NCBI GenBank assembly: GCA_964367865.1
Contig: CAYJBA010000001.1
Location: 1,461-27,335, forward strand
DNA from: an uncultured Bacteriovoracaceae bacterium
GTDB lineage: Bacteria > Bdellovibrionota > UBA1018
Reading direction: 5' to 3'
Length of the DNA: 25,875 bases
The number at the start of each line of letters is the position of its first letter. Positions within the stretch are counted from its first letter, which is position 1. The position numbers and the translations under genes are program-made. Shown here piece by piece: positions 14,083 through 24,257 of the stretch. Below the pieces are notes generated by a model. That model ran no database searches, was not told the origin of the DNA, and was given only the letters and a program-made list of their open reading frames with translations.

Positions 14083-17040
14083 CTATACCTGAGCGAGGCG
14101 AGCGAGTGCGGCCTCAAGATCCTTTTTCTTGGATTCGAGCTCCTGCTGACGTTTTCTTTCTTTGGCAACGAGGTCAGGCGGCGCTTTTGATACAAAGGAT
14201 TCTTTGGAGAGCTTGGTGCTCACATGCTCAAGATCACCTTCCAGTCGCTCAATTTCTTTTCGAAGCCGCTTTGATTCTTCTTCAATGTTTACGAGTCCCG
14301 CAAGACTCACTCGCAGCTCCATCGGTGGATTAATAATTGCTATGATCGCTTCGGCTTGAGGAGGTGGATCACCAGGCTTTCGATGATGGCCGCGCTCAAT
14401 GCTCGAAACTCTGCAAAGAGTCGAGATCTCTTGCATGTGCATTCTCACAAAAGACTCCGCCGGCGAATTATGAGGTACATAAATCAAGGGGAATTCAATT
14501 TTGGGTGAAATTCCGTTTTCGCCCCTAAAATTTCTAACCGCTTCAATGATGCCTTTAAGCGCTTCGACAACATGTTCGCCCTCGGGGTCAATGAGCTTAG
14601 GATTTGCTGCCGGATAGTTCTGAAGCATGATTGAGTTCTCAGCGTGGACACCCATTATGGATTTCTTGTAAGGCAACGACTGCCAAAGCTCTTCAGTCAC
14701 AAATGGCGTAAAGGGATGCATCAATCTTAATAACCTTTCAATTACGTAATGAAGGGTAAAAACCGTCTGCTCGCGAGAATCACCGCCCTCTCGCAGTGGA
14801 AGTTTCGCAAACTCAATGTACCAATCACAAAGCTCACGCCAGATAAAATCGTAAAGAGCCTGAGAAGCCACATCCAGCTCGAACCGCTCTAGCCCCCCTT
14901 CAACAACCGGAATTAATTTCTGGAGGCGAGACAAAATCCAACGATTGTAGCTGACCAGTCCCACTCTATTATCGAGGAGCCATTTTTCGATTCCACCTGT
15001 AGGTTCTTTGAGCGGACCCCCTTGAGCAGAGTCAAACTGCAGGTGCAAAAATTTGACAGCGTTCCAAAGCTTGTTACAAAACGCGCGATATCCGGTTACG
15101 CGGTCCTGGGATAATTTAATGTCTCGCCCCTGACCCGCCATGCTGGATAAGGTAAAACGAAGAGGATCTGCTCCATGCTGGTTGATCAGCTCGAGCGGGT
15201 CGATGACATTGCCCTTAGTCTTGGACATCTTTTCACCTTTTTCGTCTCGAACCATTGCGTGCAAATAAACTTTATGGAACGGAACATCGTCCATGAGGTG
15301 AAGCCCCATCATGATCATGCGTGCCACCCAGAAAAAGATGATATCAAAGCCGGTTTCTAAGATCGAAGTAGGATAGAAAGTTTTGAGCGCTTGAGTTTTC
15401 TCTGGCCAACCGAGAGTCGAAAAGGGCCAAAGCGCCGAACTAAACCAAGTATCTAAAACGTCTTCGTCTTGTTTGAGACGGTCGGCTCCCGCTTTACAAT
15501 GAGAACATTTTTTAGGCGCTTCGCGGGCAACAGTGGTCTCATAGCACTGACCACAATACCAAGCTGGAATCTGGTGACCCCACCAAAGCTGCCGCGAGAT
15601 ACACCAGTCTCGAATGTTGTACATCCATTCAAAATAAGTTTTCTCCCAGGACTTAGGAGTAAACTTAATTTTTCCATTTTTAACGGCGTCAATCGCAGGT
15701 TTGGCGAGGGGATCAATTTTTACGAACCACTGCTTGGACATCATCGGTTCTGCAACCGTGTTACAACGCTGACATAGTCCGACACTATGAGGGTGGTCTT
15801 CGGTCTTAACTAACAGAGCTGCTTCTTTAAGCGCCTGAAGAACCCGCTCGCGAGCTTCATCCATTTTTATTCCGGCAAACGGACCACCCGCAGCGCTCAC
15901 GCGTCCGTCTTTGCCCATAATACTTACTAGCGGAAGATCATGGCGCTTACTCAGATCATAATCATTAAAATCATGCGCCGGAGTAACTTTCAGCGCGCCA
16001 CTTCCAAATTCTTGATCAACATAGGTATCCGTTATGATCGGGATCAAGCGACCCAAGAGCGGAAGCACGGCCTTTTTGCCGTGAATATGAGTATAGCGTT
16101 CATCCTCGGGATGAACGGCAACCGCGGTGTCGCCGAGCAACGTCTCGGGTCGAGTTGTTGCAATCACAAGCTCTGTTGGCTTTCCATCCGAGTTCAAAAC
16201 GGGCTTTCCCGCGTCATCTACTATTTTATAAATGATATGCCAGAAAGAGCCTTTGCGCGGAGTCGGGATGACCTCGAGATCCGAAAGCGCGGTCTGACAT
16301 CGGGTACACCAATTGATGAGGCGCTCACCCCGATAAATCAAGCCCTGTTCATAGAGTCTGACAAAAACTTCTTTCACCGCGACTGACAGGCCCTCGTCCA
16401 TGGTAAATCGCTCACGCTCCCAATCGAGGGACGAGCCCAGGCGTTTGAGCTGATCGGTAATGATACTTCCGTGTTCATCTTTCCATTTCCAAACACGTGC
16501 CACGAAAGCCTCGCGCCCCAAATCGTGCCGCGAGAGCGGGCGCCCCGACGGTCCCTTTCCTTCTTTGGCGAGTGCCTTTTCGACCTGATTTTGCGTCGCA
16601 ATTCCGGCGTGATCGGTTCCCGGAAGCCAAAGCGTGTTGTCACCTTTCATACGGTGCCAACGGACCAAAATATCTTGAATCGTGTTGGTCAGCGCATGAC
16701 CCATGTGCAACACGCCCGTTACGTTTGGGGGCGGAATTACGATGCAAAACGGTTTTTGTCCCTGAGTGCACTTGTCTTTTGATTTGAAGTAACCGTTTTG
16801 TAACCAGACTTTATAGATCGAGGACTCAAACTCTGCGGGCTCGTAGCTCTTGGCCAACGCGTGAGGTACGAAATGAAGTTTGGGTTTTGCAGTGCGCTTC
16901 GGCGCCGAAGCTTTTTTCCGCGTTGGTTTTTTCGGTGCGGATTTGTTAGCTGGCAATTTTCTGCGCGAGGCTTTCGTTTTGGATTTTGACTTCGGCTTAG
17001 ACTTCGATCGGTCCCGAGCGGGCTTTTTGCGTATTGCCAT
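14083..17040 (-). CDS. valS: Valine--tRNA ligase with a basic N-terminal extension
   Basis: PPPNVTGVLHMGHAL, GTDHAGIATQ, DWCISRQLWWGH, DVLDTWFSS, KMSKTKGN and C-terminal coiled coil. Confidence 0.98.
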   Translation of the reverse strand: MAIRKKPARDRSKSKPKSKSKTKASRRKLPANKSAPKKPTRKKASAPKRTAKPKLHFVPHALAKSYEPAEFESSIYKVWLQNGYFKSKDKCTQGQKPFCIVIPPPNVTGVLHMGHALTNTIQDILVRWHRMKGDNTLWLPGTDHAGIATQNQVEKALAKEGKGPSGRPLSRHDLGREAFVARVWKWKDEHGSIITDQLKRLGSSLDWERERFTMDEGLSVAVKEVFVRLYEQGLIYRGERLINWCTRCQTALSDLEVIPTPRKGSFWHIIYKIVDDAGKPVLNSDGKPTELVIATTRPETLLGDTAVAVHPEDERYTHIHGKKAVLPLLGRLIPIITDTYVDQEFGSGALKVTPAHDFNDYDLSKRHDLPLVSIMGKDGRVSAAGGPFAGIKMDEARERVLQALKEAALLVKTEDHPHSVGLCQRCNTVAEPMMSKQWFVKIDPLAKPAIDAVKNGKIKFTPKSWEKTYFEWMYNIRDWCISRQLWWGHQIPAWYCGQCYETTVAREAPKKCSHCKAGADRLKQDEDVLDTWFSSALWPFSTLGWPEKTQALKTFYPTSILETGFDIIFFWVARMIMMGLHLMDDVPFHKVYLHAMVRDEKGEKMSKTKGNVIDPLELINQHGADPLRFTLSSMAGQGRDIKLSQDRVTGYRAFCNKLWNAVKFLHLQFDSAQGGPLKEPTGGIEKWLLDNRVGLVSYNRWILSRLQKLIPVVEGGLERFELDVASQALYDFIWRELCDWYIEFAKLPLREGGDSREQTVFTLHYVIERLLRLMHPFTPFVTEELWQSLPYKKSIMGVHAENSIMLQNYPAANPKLIDPEGEHVVEALKGIIEAVRNFRGENGISPKIEFPLIYVPHNSPAESFVRMHMQEISTLCRVSSIERGHHRKPGDPPPQAEAIIAIINPPMELRVSLAGLVNIEEESKRLRKEIERLEGDLEHVSTKLSKESFVSKAPPDLVAKERKRQQELESKKKDLEAALARLAQV

Positions 17041-17183
17041 GGATCTCAAAAATTACCAGACGTTACACCTTTTTGAAAATAGGAACTGAAGGGGGCCGGG
17101 TTTCAAGACGCAGTGGTTCAAAAATGGACGCCGCGATGGGAATTGTTTGGGCCGTAATAGGAGCCGGATTTGCAATTCTACCG

Positions 17184-17227
17184 GTCAATTTAAGTAAATT
17201 GACTTGTAAGGTAAATTACCTTACAAT
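17184..17227 (+). promoter_or_regulatory. sigma70 promoter and operator palindromes of the HigBA-type module
   Basis: TTGACT (17199-17204), N17, TACAAT (17222-17227). TTGTAAGGTAA-A-TTACCTTACAA (17204-17226) and GTCAATTT-N4-AAATTGAC (17184-17203). Confidence 0.85.
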
Positions 17228-17240
17228 ATGGGGGTGAGGG

Positions 17241-17528
17241 TTGGAAAAGAAATGTCGGATCGAGGTTACAAAATTTGCAGAAAAGCAGTTAAGTCGTTTA
17301 CCCAATGAAATTCTAGAGGCATTTCTCTGCTGGGAACAAACTATAATGGTTCATGGATTAAGAAAAATGAGAATGTCACGCGGTTATAGAGACGAAGCAC
17401 TAAAAGGGGTAAGAACAATTCAGAGGTCATCGCGTTTAAATCGTAGCTACAGAATAATTTATCGCGAAGTGACTTCTGTAGAATTTGTGGTCATTTGCAT
17501 TTTAGAGGTAAATAAACATGAGTACTAA
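17241..17528 (+). CDS. RelE/HigB-superfamily toxin (toxin-first type II TA)
   Basis: 95 aa with GYRDEALKG...RSSRLNRSYRIIY; overlaps the downstream HTH gene by 11 nt. Confidence 0.82.
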   Translation: MEKKCRIEVTKFAEKQLSRLPNEILEAFLCWEQTIMVHGLRKMRMSRGYRDEALKGVRTIQRSSRLNRSYRIIYREVTSVEFVVICILEVNKHEY

Positions 17529-17820
17529 TAATGAACTTGGGTCGATTTTAGAAGAAACAGTGGGGCCACTGACTTTCGCAATGTTTGTCCGAGTCGCAAG
17601 GACAACTCTTGAAATTAGTCAGGCCGAAATGGCTAGAAAATTAAAAATTGCACGTGGAACGCTATGCGATATTGAAAAAGGCCGCCAGGCGGTCAGTCCA
17701 AAATTTGCTCTAAAAATTGCTAGGACTGCCGGCCTTTCAGAAGACCTTACTCTCACCGTATGTCTCCAAGATCAGCTCAATCGCCTTAAAATTAAAAAGC
17801 GCGTCGTTTTAGTAGCCTGA
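17518..17820 (+). CDS. XRE-family HTH antitoxin (HigA-like)
   Basis: ISQAEMARKLKIARGTLCDIEKGRQAVS. Confidence 0.88.
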   Translation: MSTNNELGSILEETVGPLTFAMFVRVARTTLEISQAEMARKLKIARGTLCDIEKGRQAVSPKFALKIARTAGLSEDLTLTVCLQDQLNRLKIKKRVVLVA

Positions 17821-17840
17821 CCAATATCCATCACTAAGAC

Positions 17841-18329
17841 TCAGTGATGATGCCCATGCCCATCAGGGCCGTGAGCATGACCATGCTCTTTTTCTTCGTC
17901 AGTTGCGTCGCGAACGGCTGTCACTTCGACATCAAAGTGAAGGGTTTCGCCAGCAAGAGGGTGGTTGCCATCGATATGAACGGTATCTCCTTCTACTTTT
18001 GAGACGGTAAATACCATGCCTTGGCCTTCGGGGCCGTTGGCCTGAAACTGCATTCCCTGTTGGAGTTCTGCGGTTGGGGGAAACTGCGAGCGTTTAACTT
18101 CGATTCTGAGCTCGTTGCTAACATCCCCATAGCCGTCTGCGGGTGGAACAACAACTTTCTTCTTATCGCCTACTTTTAAGCCTATCAACGCACTTTCGAG
18201 ACCCGGAACGATCTGCTGACCACCGTGAAGGTAACTAAATGGAGCATCTTTATCCGCCCGATCTAAAACCTTACCTTTCGCATCGGTTAATACGTAGTGA
18301 AGTTCAACAACTTTTCCGGTTCCGATCAT
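17841..18329 (-). CDS. slyD: FKBP-type peptidyl-prolyl isomerase SlyD
   Basis: YLHGGQQIVPGLESAL, IDGNHPLAGETLHFDVEV, His-rich tail; AGGAG SD. Confidence 0.96.
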   Translation of the reverse strand: MIGTGKVVELHYVLTDAKGKVLDRADKDAPFSYLHGGQQIVPGLESALIGLKVGDKKKVVVPPADGYGDVSNELRIEVKRSQFPPTAELQQGMQFQANGPEGQGMVFTVSKVEGDTVHIDGNHPLAGETLHFDVEVTAVRDATDEEKEHGHAHGPDGHGHHH

Positions 18330-18403
18330 AGCTTGCTCCTTGGCTCGGGGATGTACCGTTTTAATAATGCGGGGGCAAGGTAAAAGGGAGCAGAAAACCC
18401 AGG

Positions 18404-20119
18404 TTACCGTTTAAATATTCCCTCCGGAAGCGCAACTTCGACGTAATTTCCGCTTTTACTGTTTCGGACTATTTGGGCTCCCCTCTTAAGAAGGGCTGCA
18501 AAAATCGAATTTTCACAAAGCTTCTTTTTATTAAAAATCATATCGCGGGCTTGCTGTACATTTTGACCAGGAATTCGAGATGTGTCTTTAAAATTAATCT
18601 CGAGCAACGTCTGAATCGGATGCTCCTCGCATCGATCCGGAAGGACAAATAATCGCAGCTCAGGACAATGAGTTAATTTTGGATACACGCGTTCATCTCC
18701 CGCAGTAATTTGGGCGCATTCGGTCGAAGAAATAAAAAACGTGTCACTTACTTTTTCATAAGTTGGAAAATGCTCTATAATTGAATACATAGGCCAACGC
18801 CCGGAGAACGAAATCGCCATCAGAAGGCCGAAGAGCAATTTTCGGTTTCGAACAGCCTGGGTCTTCTCAGCTTCGGCCAGCTTCTTGATTCCAATTACCG
18901 TAGCAGCCATCAAAAACGGCATAAACGGAATATCATAATGAAAATGAAGGGATCGTTGAAGTTCGGAGCCCGAAGTTAAATTTGCGGCAATCCCAATAAA
19001 AGCCGCTAGCAGCCATGGCCACGCGAGGCGCGCGAAATAAAGATATGGAATTAATATTAAGATAAAATACTTGATCGATATCCATGCAAGTACTTTTGTT
19101 TTCACCAACTCAACCCAAATTCGCGGGGAGATTAAGACATTAATAATGATTTCCTTTGGCGTAGCGCCGTAGGCGCCATATCGCATCGTAATATTATTAG
19201 CGTCCTGAATTCCTTTTTGAAGAGTAGGGGTAATCCAACCAAAAATCGCTACATTCCAGAGCATGAGAAATACTAGAGTTGCCAAAGCCAATCGACGCCG
19301 GGCTGCTTGACTGTACTGAAGCGACCGATCTAAAAGAATGGGCGCCAAGATACCCAGCGCGACCATGCCTAAGTGCTCTTTACTCAGGCAGTAACCCAAG
19401 AGCGCGATAAAGTAATATAGAATTTTACCTCGAATAAGAGCGAGAATCGTTAAACACAAAAAAACATAACCTACGATATCCTCTCTAAAATCCCAGAGGG
19501 CCCCCGCTCGTAATGTCCGATTCGAAACGAGGACCAAAGCCGCAAGCAAAAACAATTCACGAAACTTCCGAAGAGGACCCTGGGCTACCAAAAAATAAAC
19601 CCCGAATCCCAACAAAAAAGCCTGGAGCGCAAAGACAACGATATTCGAGCGAAAGACCGACGTAATGGGAGATAATAATAGGAGCGTGGGTGCAAAATGA
19701 TCGACAAGATAGGAGCGATAAGGCGAAAGATCAGCCTGAAGCAGTTTTCCATCTGAAAACGGATAAAAAACTGCTTGATTGACGAAGCCCATGTCAAAAA
19801 CGTGGGCGTGGAAATTTAAGTAAGAAAATAAATGAGCAATAAAAAGCCCACCAAAAACCAAGGAAATTGAAATCACCAATGCCCGATTGGGTCGTTTTAT
19901 TTTGAATACTTTTTCACCCATGGGCAAGGCCCACTTCTTGAACCGCTCAAAATCCTGCTTAAACCATCTTGAAGAAGCCCAGAGAAGGAGTAAAAAAAAT
20001 AATGCGAATGGATCAATACTTGCAACTTCGATTTTTCCGATTCGAGTGGGAAACATCGCTCCTCCCACGCAAACCAATAACACCATAAAGCAAACTAAAA
20101 ACCGAAGGATATGGAACAT
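18404..20119 (-). CDS. DUF2079-family polytopic membrane protein (putative GT-C glycosyltransferase)
   Basis: FDMGFVNQAV...DHFAPTLLLLSP, DFRED, LSKEH and HFHYD motifs; many hydrophobic segments. Confidence 0.75.
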   Translation of the reverse strand: MFHILRFLVCFMVLLVCVGGAMFPTRIGKIEVASIDPFALFFLLLLWASSRWFKQDFERFKKWALPMGEKVFKIKRPNRALVISISLVFGGLFIAHLFSYLNFHAHVFDMGFVNQAVFYPFSDGKLLQADLSPYRSYLVDHFAPTLLLLSPITSVFRSNIVVFALQAFLLGFGVYFLVAQGPLRKFRELFLLAALVLVSNRTLRAGALWDFREDIVGYVFLCLTILALIRGKILYYFIALLGYCLSKEHLGMVALGILAPILLDRSLQYSQAARRRLALATLVFLMLWNVAIFGWITPTLQKGIQDANNITMRYGAYGATPKEIIINVLISPRIWVELVKTKVLAWISIKYFILILIPYLYFARLAWPWLLAAFIGIAANLTSGSELQRSLHFHYDIPFMPFLMAATVIGIKKLAEAEKTQAVRNRKLLFGLLMAISFSGRWPMYSIIEHFPTYEKVSDTFFISSTECAQITAGDERVYPKLTHCPELRLFVLPDRCEEHPIQTLLEINFKDTSRIPGQNVQQARDMIFNKKKLCENSIFAALLKRGAQIVRNSKSGNYVEVALPEGIFKR

Positions 20120-20124
20120 GTAGG

Positions 20125-20838
20125 CTAAAGCTTAAATCCAGCCTGGGTAGCGTCTTTGTAAAAGGCTTTGACGGTCTCTAGGGAGAAGTCTTCGAGGGAT
20201 TTTCCATGAAGATGAAGCTTCTCGATCTGATCGTCGGTCGCTGTGATAATGTGGCAACCGCAATCCTGAGCTTGATAAATATTCAGGGCCTCACGAGGAC
20301 TAGCCCAAAGAATTTTTGAACCTTTCAGCGCTTTAAAATCCTGAACCGCGTTTTTCATAAGCGGAATGGGATCAATTCCAGTGTCAGCAATTCGGCCTGC
20401 GAAAATGGAGACGATGACATCGTCCATGGGCTTTAATATTTGCCACAGTCCCTTGACCTGCTGCTGTGTAAAAAGAGCAGTGACGTTGAGTTTCATTCCG
20501 CGATCCAGTAACTGACGAATCAGCGGGAGTGAGGATTGACCTTTCGTATTTGTGATCGGTATCTTTACGTTTACGTTCGCCGCCCAAGCACTGATAATTC
20601 CAGCTTCGCGCTCCATCTCATTAAACTCATCTGAGAACACTTCAAACGAAATCGGAACATCCTTGATTTCTGCAAGAACACTTTTGGCAAATTCAGCATA
20701 ATTTTTAACGCCAGCCTTAGCTACAAGCGTTGGATTGGTCGTAAAACCTCTGACAAACCCTTCACGGTATCTTTTGACCATTAGGTCCTTGTTGGCACCA
20801 TCCGCGAAAACTGCAATTTTCATCTTTGGAAACGCCAT
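20125..20838 (-). CDS. tal: Transaldolase/FSA-family protein (short type)
   Basis: FADGA, GFTTNPTL, PISFEV, NVKIP (Schiff-base Lys), SIFAGRIADTG. Confidence 0.88.
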   Translation of the reverse strand: MAFPKMKIAVFADGANKDLMVKRYREGFVRGFTTNPTLVAKAGVKNYAEFAKSVLAEIKDVPISFEVFSDEFNEMEREAGIISAWAANVNVKIPITNTKGQSSLPLIRQLLDRGMKLNVTALFTQQQVKGLWQILKPMDDVIVSIFAGRIADTGIDPIPLMKNAVQDFKALKGSKILWASPREALNIYQAQDCGCHIITATDDQIEKLHLHGKSLEDFSLETVKAFYKDATQAGFKL

Positions 20839-20914
20839 ATCAGAACCTCGTAAGGGTTAATTTGAAATCGCTAACGAGAAAATCATATTCAGAGCCCGTC
20901 CGTCAACACCTGGG

Positions 20915-21451
20915 TTATAGAGAAATTTCCTTAAAGCGAGGTAATTTCTGATCTCGGGCTGAAACAACCGGGTTTTTGAGGGGCCACTTGATCCCAAGCG
21001 CGGGATCATCCCACTTAATTCCACGATCCGTGTCCGGATTGTAAAGCGAGCCCACCTTGTAAACGACGTCCGCTGGTTCTTCGCCTAAAACACAAAAACC
21101 ATGAGCAAAACCCGCTGGAATCCACAAAAGCTTACCATTCATGTCACTGAGCTCGAGTCCGAAATGCTTTCCGTAAGTTGGAGAGTTCGCGCGGATGTCA
21201 AGCGCCACATCCCAGATACTGCCTCGAGTAACACCGACTAACTTGCCTTGGGGCGGGCTCGATTGAAAATGAAGACCGCGTAAAACGCCGGGCCCCGAGC
21301 GTGAATGGTTATCTTGAACAAATTCAGTAGGAAGACCCGCTTTAGAGAAAAGATCTTCTCTAAAGCGCTCTACAAAAAATCCACGCGCATCTCCATGGAT
21401 CTTAAGTTCTATGACGGTCAGGCCTTTAAGTTCTGTTGGAAAAAATTTCAT
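20915..21451 (-). CDS. rfbC: dTDP-4-dehydrorhamnose 3,5-epimerase
   Basis: DARGFFVE, FVQDNHSRS, VLRGLHFQ, WIPAGFAHGF. Confidence 0.96.
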   Translation of the reverse strand: MKFFPTELKGLTVIELKIHGDARGFFVERFREDLFSKAGLPTEFVQDNHSRSGPGVLRGLHFQSSPPQGKLVGVTRGSIWDVALDIRANSPTYGKHFGLELSDMNGKLLWIPAGFAHGFCVLGEEPADVVYKVGSLYNPDTDRGIKWDDPALGIKWPLKNPVVSARDQKLPRFKEISL

Positions 21452-22341
21452 AAGATATGCTCCATCGCAGCTTTAAGACCCACGCGCCAATCCGGAAGCC
21501 TGACTTCAAACGCGCGAAAAGCGCGATCCGTGTTGAGCCTCGAATTGACGGGGCGCTTAGCCGGCGTCGGATAATTTTTAGTTAAAATCGGATGCACCTT
21601 TTTTACGTGAAGCGGAATCCCCTTAGCCCTGGCCGCCGAAAAAATCGCCTCGGCAAATTGATGCCAAGTCGTCGTGCCTGCATGGCAAAGATGATAAACT
21701 CCGAATGGAAATTTAGGCTTACCCATCGCGGCTTCTAGACACTGAAGCGCGGCTTGCGCCAGATCAGGCGCATAGGTCGGAGCGCCAAACTGATCGGATA
21801 CGACTTCGAGGGTTTCTCTATTTTCACCGAGATTCAGCATCGTCTTAAAGAAATTTTTTCCATTCTCGTCATAGACCCAGCTCGTTCTAAAAATCAGGTA
21901 CTTAGACCAGCATTCGCGAATGCGATTTTCTCCCTCGAGCTTGGATCGACCATAGACATTGAGCGGCCCGGTTTCGGCATCCTCTCCCCAGGGTTTTTCG
22001 CCCACTCCCGAAAAAACGTAGTCTGTTGAAAAGTGAACAAACGGGACATCACGCTCTTTACACCACTCGGCGATCACGCCCGGAGCTTCGGCATTGATCT
22101 TAAAAGCCAGGTCCTCTTCGCGCTCCGCAAGATCAACTTGCGTAAAAGCCGCGCAATTGATGACGGCGGACAATCGATCACTGTTCCATTGCTTAAGAAC
22201 GTCCTTAAGAGATTGCGGATTAGAAAAATCAGCTTGTTCACGAGTCAGAGCTATAGCGCGAGAACCGAGGATTTTGGCGCAAGCGCTGCCCACTTGTCCG
22301 GTTGTTCCAAAGATCAGGATTTTTCCTAAGATTCCGTTCAC
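21448..22341 (-). CDS. rfbD: dTDP-4-dehydrorhamnose reductase
   Basis: GTTGQVG, NCAAFTQVD, STDYVF, YGRSKLEGE, PTPAKRP; GTG start. Confidence 0.95.
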   Translation of the reverse strand: MNGILGKILIFGTTGQVGSACAKILGSRAIALTREQADFSNPQSLKDVLKQWNSDRLSAVINCAAFTQVDLAEREEDLAFKINAEAPGVIAEWCKERDVPFVHFSTDYVFSGVGEKPWGEDAETGPLNVYGRSKLEGENRIRECWSKYLIFRTSWVYDENGKNFFKTMLNLGENRETLEVVSDQFGAPTYAPDLAQAALQCLEAAMGKPKFPFGVYHLCHAGTTTWHQFAEAIFSAARAKGIPLHVKKVHPILTKNYPTPAKRPVNSRLNTDRAFRAFEVRLPDWRVGLKAAMEHIL

Positions 22342-23223
22342 TCAGTTTAACCTTGGATTTTCTTCAAGCACCCGAATCAGATAAGCGCCGTAGGAGCTTT
22401 TGCTATAGCTCTCAGCAAGTTTTTTCATTTGCTGTGCATTGATATACCCTTTGACGTACGCGATCTCCTCGATGCACGCCACTTTTAGGCCCTGTCGTGC
22501 TTCGAGCGTTTGCACAAATTGTGATGCGGATAAGAGCGAATCGTAAGTTCCGCTATCGAGCCAAGCGATTCCACGGCCCATCTTAGTGACTTTGAGTTGT
22601 TTTTTTGAAAGATATGCGCGATTGAGGTCTGTAATCTCGAGCTCGCCGCGCGCGGAGGGTTTTAAATTCTTTGCAATATCCACGACACTTGAGTCGTAAA
22701 AATAAAGTCCAGTCACGGCCCAGTTGGAGCGCGGTGCTTTTGGTTTTTCTTCTATGCTGAGTGCCAGGCCCTTGGTATCAAACTCAACCACTCCGTAGCG
22801 CTCAGGATCTTGGACGTGATAGGCGTAAACTTCAGCACCGGTGATGAGTTTTGCGCTTTTTTCAACGGCTGCAACCAAATCATGTCCGTAAAAAATATTA
22901 TCACCTAAAATCAGACAAACGGGAGACGATCCCACAAACTCAGCGCCAATCGTAAAAGCCTGGGCGATCCCTTTAGGCTCAGCCTGTTCGCGGTACGAAA
23001 ATGTGCAGCCTAAATCCGCACCATCGCCTAACAAACCCTGAATCATCGGTAAATCGCGAGGAGTCGAGATGATCAAAATTTCTCGGATCCCGGCCAGCAT
23101 CAACGTCGAAAGTGGGTAATAAATCGTTGGCTTGTCATAGACGGGGAGAAGCTGCTTGCTGATCGTTCGAGTCAGCGGATAAAGCCTTGTGCCGCTTCCA
23201 CCCGCGAGAATAATGCCTTTCAT
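22342..23223 (-). CDS. rfbA: Glucose-1-phosphate thymidylyltransferase
   Basis: [37 protein letters not shown] 23223 overlaps the rfbB stop (ATGA). Confidence 0.97.
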   Translation of the reverse strand: MKGIILAGGSGTRLYPLTRTISKQLLPVYDKPTIYYPLSTLMLAGIREILIISTPRDLPMIQGLLGDGADLGCTFSYREQAEPKGIAQAFTIGAEFVGSSPVCLILGDNIFYGHDLVAAVEKSAKLITGAEVYAYHVQDPERYGVVEFDTKGLALSIEEKPKAPRSNWAVTGLYFYDSSVVDIAKNLKPSARGELEITDLNRAYLSKKQLKVTKMGRGIAWLDSGTYDSLLSASQFVQTLEARQGLKVACIEEIAYVKGYINAQQMKKLAESYSKSSYGAYLIRVLEENPRLN

Positions 23224-24251
23224 TTTTTTACTCCTGTCACAGCTTTGCACCAACTGTCGTTATCGAGATACCATTTTACAGCAGAGGCGAGTCCCCGTTC
23301 AAAATCAAATTCGCGTTTAAACTCAAGCTCCCTCATCGCGAGAGTATCGTCAATTGCATACCTGCGATCATGCCCTAAGCGATCTTTGACAAAAGAGATG
23401 CCAGTTTTATGGGGTTTTCCATCCAGGCGGGGTCTGAGGCGATCGAGTTCAGCACAGATTGCGTTAACGACATCGAGATTATTTTTCTCAGCGTTGCCAC
23501 CAAAGCAGTAGGTATGACCCAGTTTGCCTTTTTCAAGTGCGAGCGAAATTCCACGGCAATGATCCTCGACGTGGATCCAATCACGGATGTTTCCACCGTC
23601 GCCATACATGGGGAGTGGCTTGCCTCCCACTGCACACGCAATCATATGTGGAATTAATTTTTCAGGAAATTGCCTCGGTCCGTAATTATTGGAGCAATTG
23701 GTCGTGATTGTCGGAAGCCCATAAGTATGATACCAAGCGCGAACCAAATGATCGCCCGCAGCCTTAGACGCCGAGTAAGGGGAGTTGGGTGCCATGGCGG
23801 TTGTTTCGCTAAACTTGCCGGTTGGGCCCAAAGACCCGTAGACTTCGTCCGTTGAGATTTGGAGAAACCGAAACGCGTCTTTTTTAGTGCCCGTAAGCCC
23901 CTGCCAATATTCAAGTGCGGCGGATACAACGGTAAACACTCCGCGGATATTGGTTTCAATAAACGCGGATGGTGCATCAATCGAGCGATCGACATGAGAT
24001 TCAGCCGCGAAATTAATAAACCAATCAATCGAATGGGTTTTAAGTAGTTCGCGAATCCGGGGTCCATTACAGATGTTATCCACGACAAGTTCAAAGGAGC
24101 CCGGGCCTTTGATTCCATCCAAGTTTTCGCGATGCCCGGCATAGGTCAGCGCATCTAGTATAATGACGCGATCGCCCAGAGCTACGCGCTGACGGACAAA
24201 ACAACTGCCTATAAAACCGCAACCGCCGGTTAAGAGGATGCTTTTAGCCAT
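23220..24251 (-). CDS. rfbB: dTDP-glucose 4,6-dehydratase
   Basis: [40 protein letters not shown]. Confidence 0.97.
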   Translation of the reverse strand: MAKSILLTGGCGFIGSCFVRQRVALGDRVIILDALTYAGHRENLDGIKGPGSFELVVDNICNGPRIRELLKTHSIDWFINFAAESHVDRSIDAPSAFIETNIRGVFTVVSAALEYWQGLTGTKKDAFRFLQISTDEVYGSLGPTGKFSETTAMAPNSPYSASKAAGDHLVRAWYHTYGLPTITTNCSNNYGPRQFPEKLIPHMIACAVGGKPLPMYGDGGNIRDWIHVEDHCRGISLALEKGKLGHTYCFGGNAEKNNLDVVNAICAELDRLRPRLDGKPHKTGISFVKDRLGHDRRYAIDDTLAMRELEFKREFDFERGLASAVKWYLDNDSWCKAVTGVKK

Positions 24252-24257
24252 AGATTG

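Noticed and set aside
17041-17200. T-box riboswitch upstream of valS
   Set aside because: No T-box consensus or terminator/antiterminator, and an extended -10 lies only 9 nt before the ATG.
17034-17237. Hydrophobic small ORF (MDAAMGIVWAVIGAGFAIL...) between valS and the toxin
   Set aside because: No SD, and it runs through the TA promoter and operator; probably chance.
3407-23855. Many 60-160 aa ORFs antisense or out of frame within long genes (e.g. 3407..3868, 15940..16386, 23654..24142)
   Set aside because: Fully nested in well-supported genes, with no motifs or translation signals; treated as shadow ORFs.
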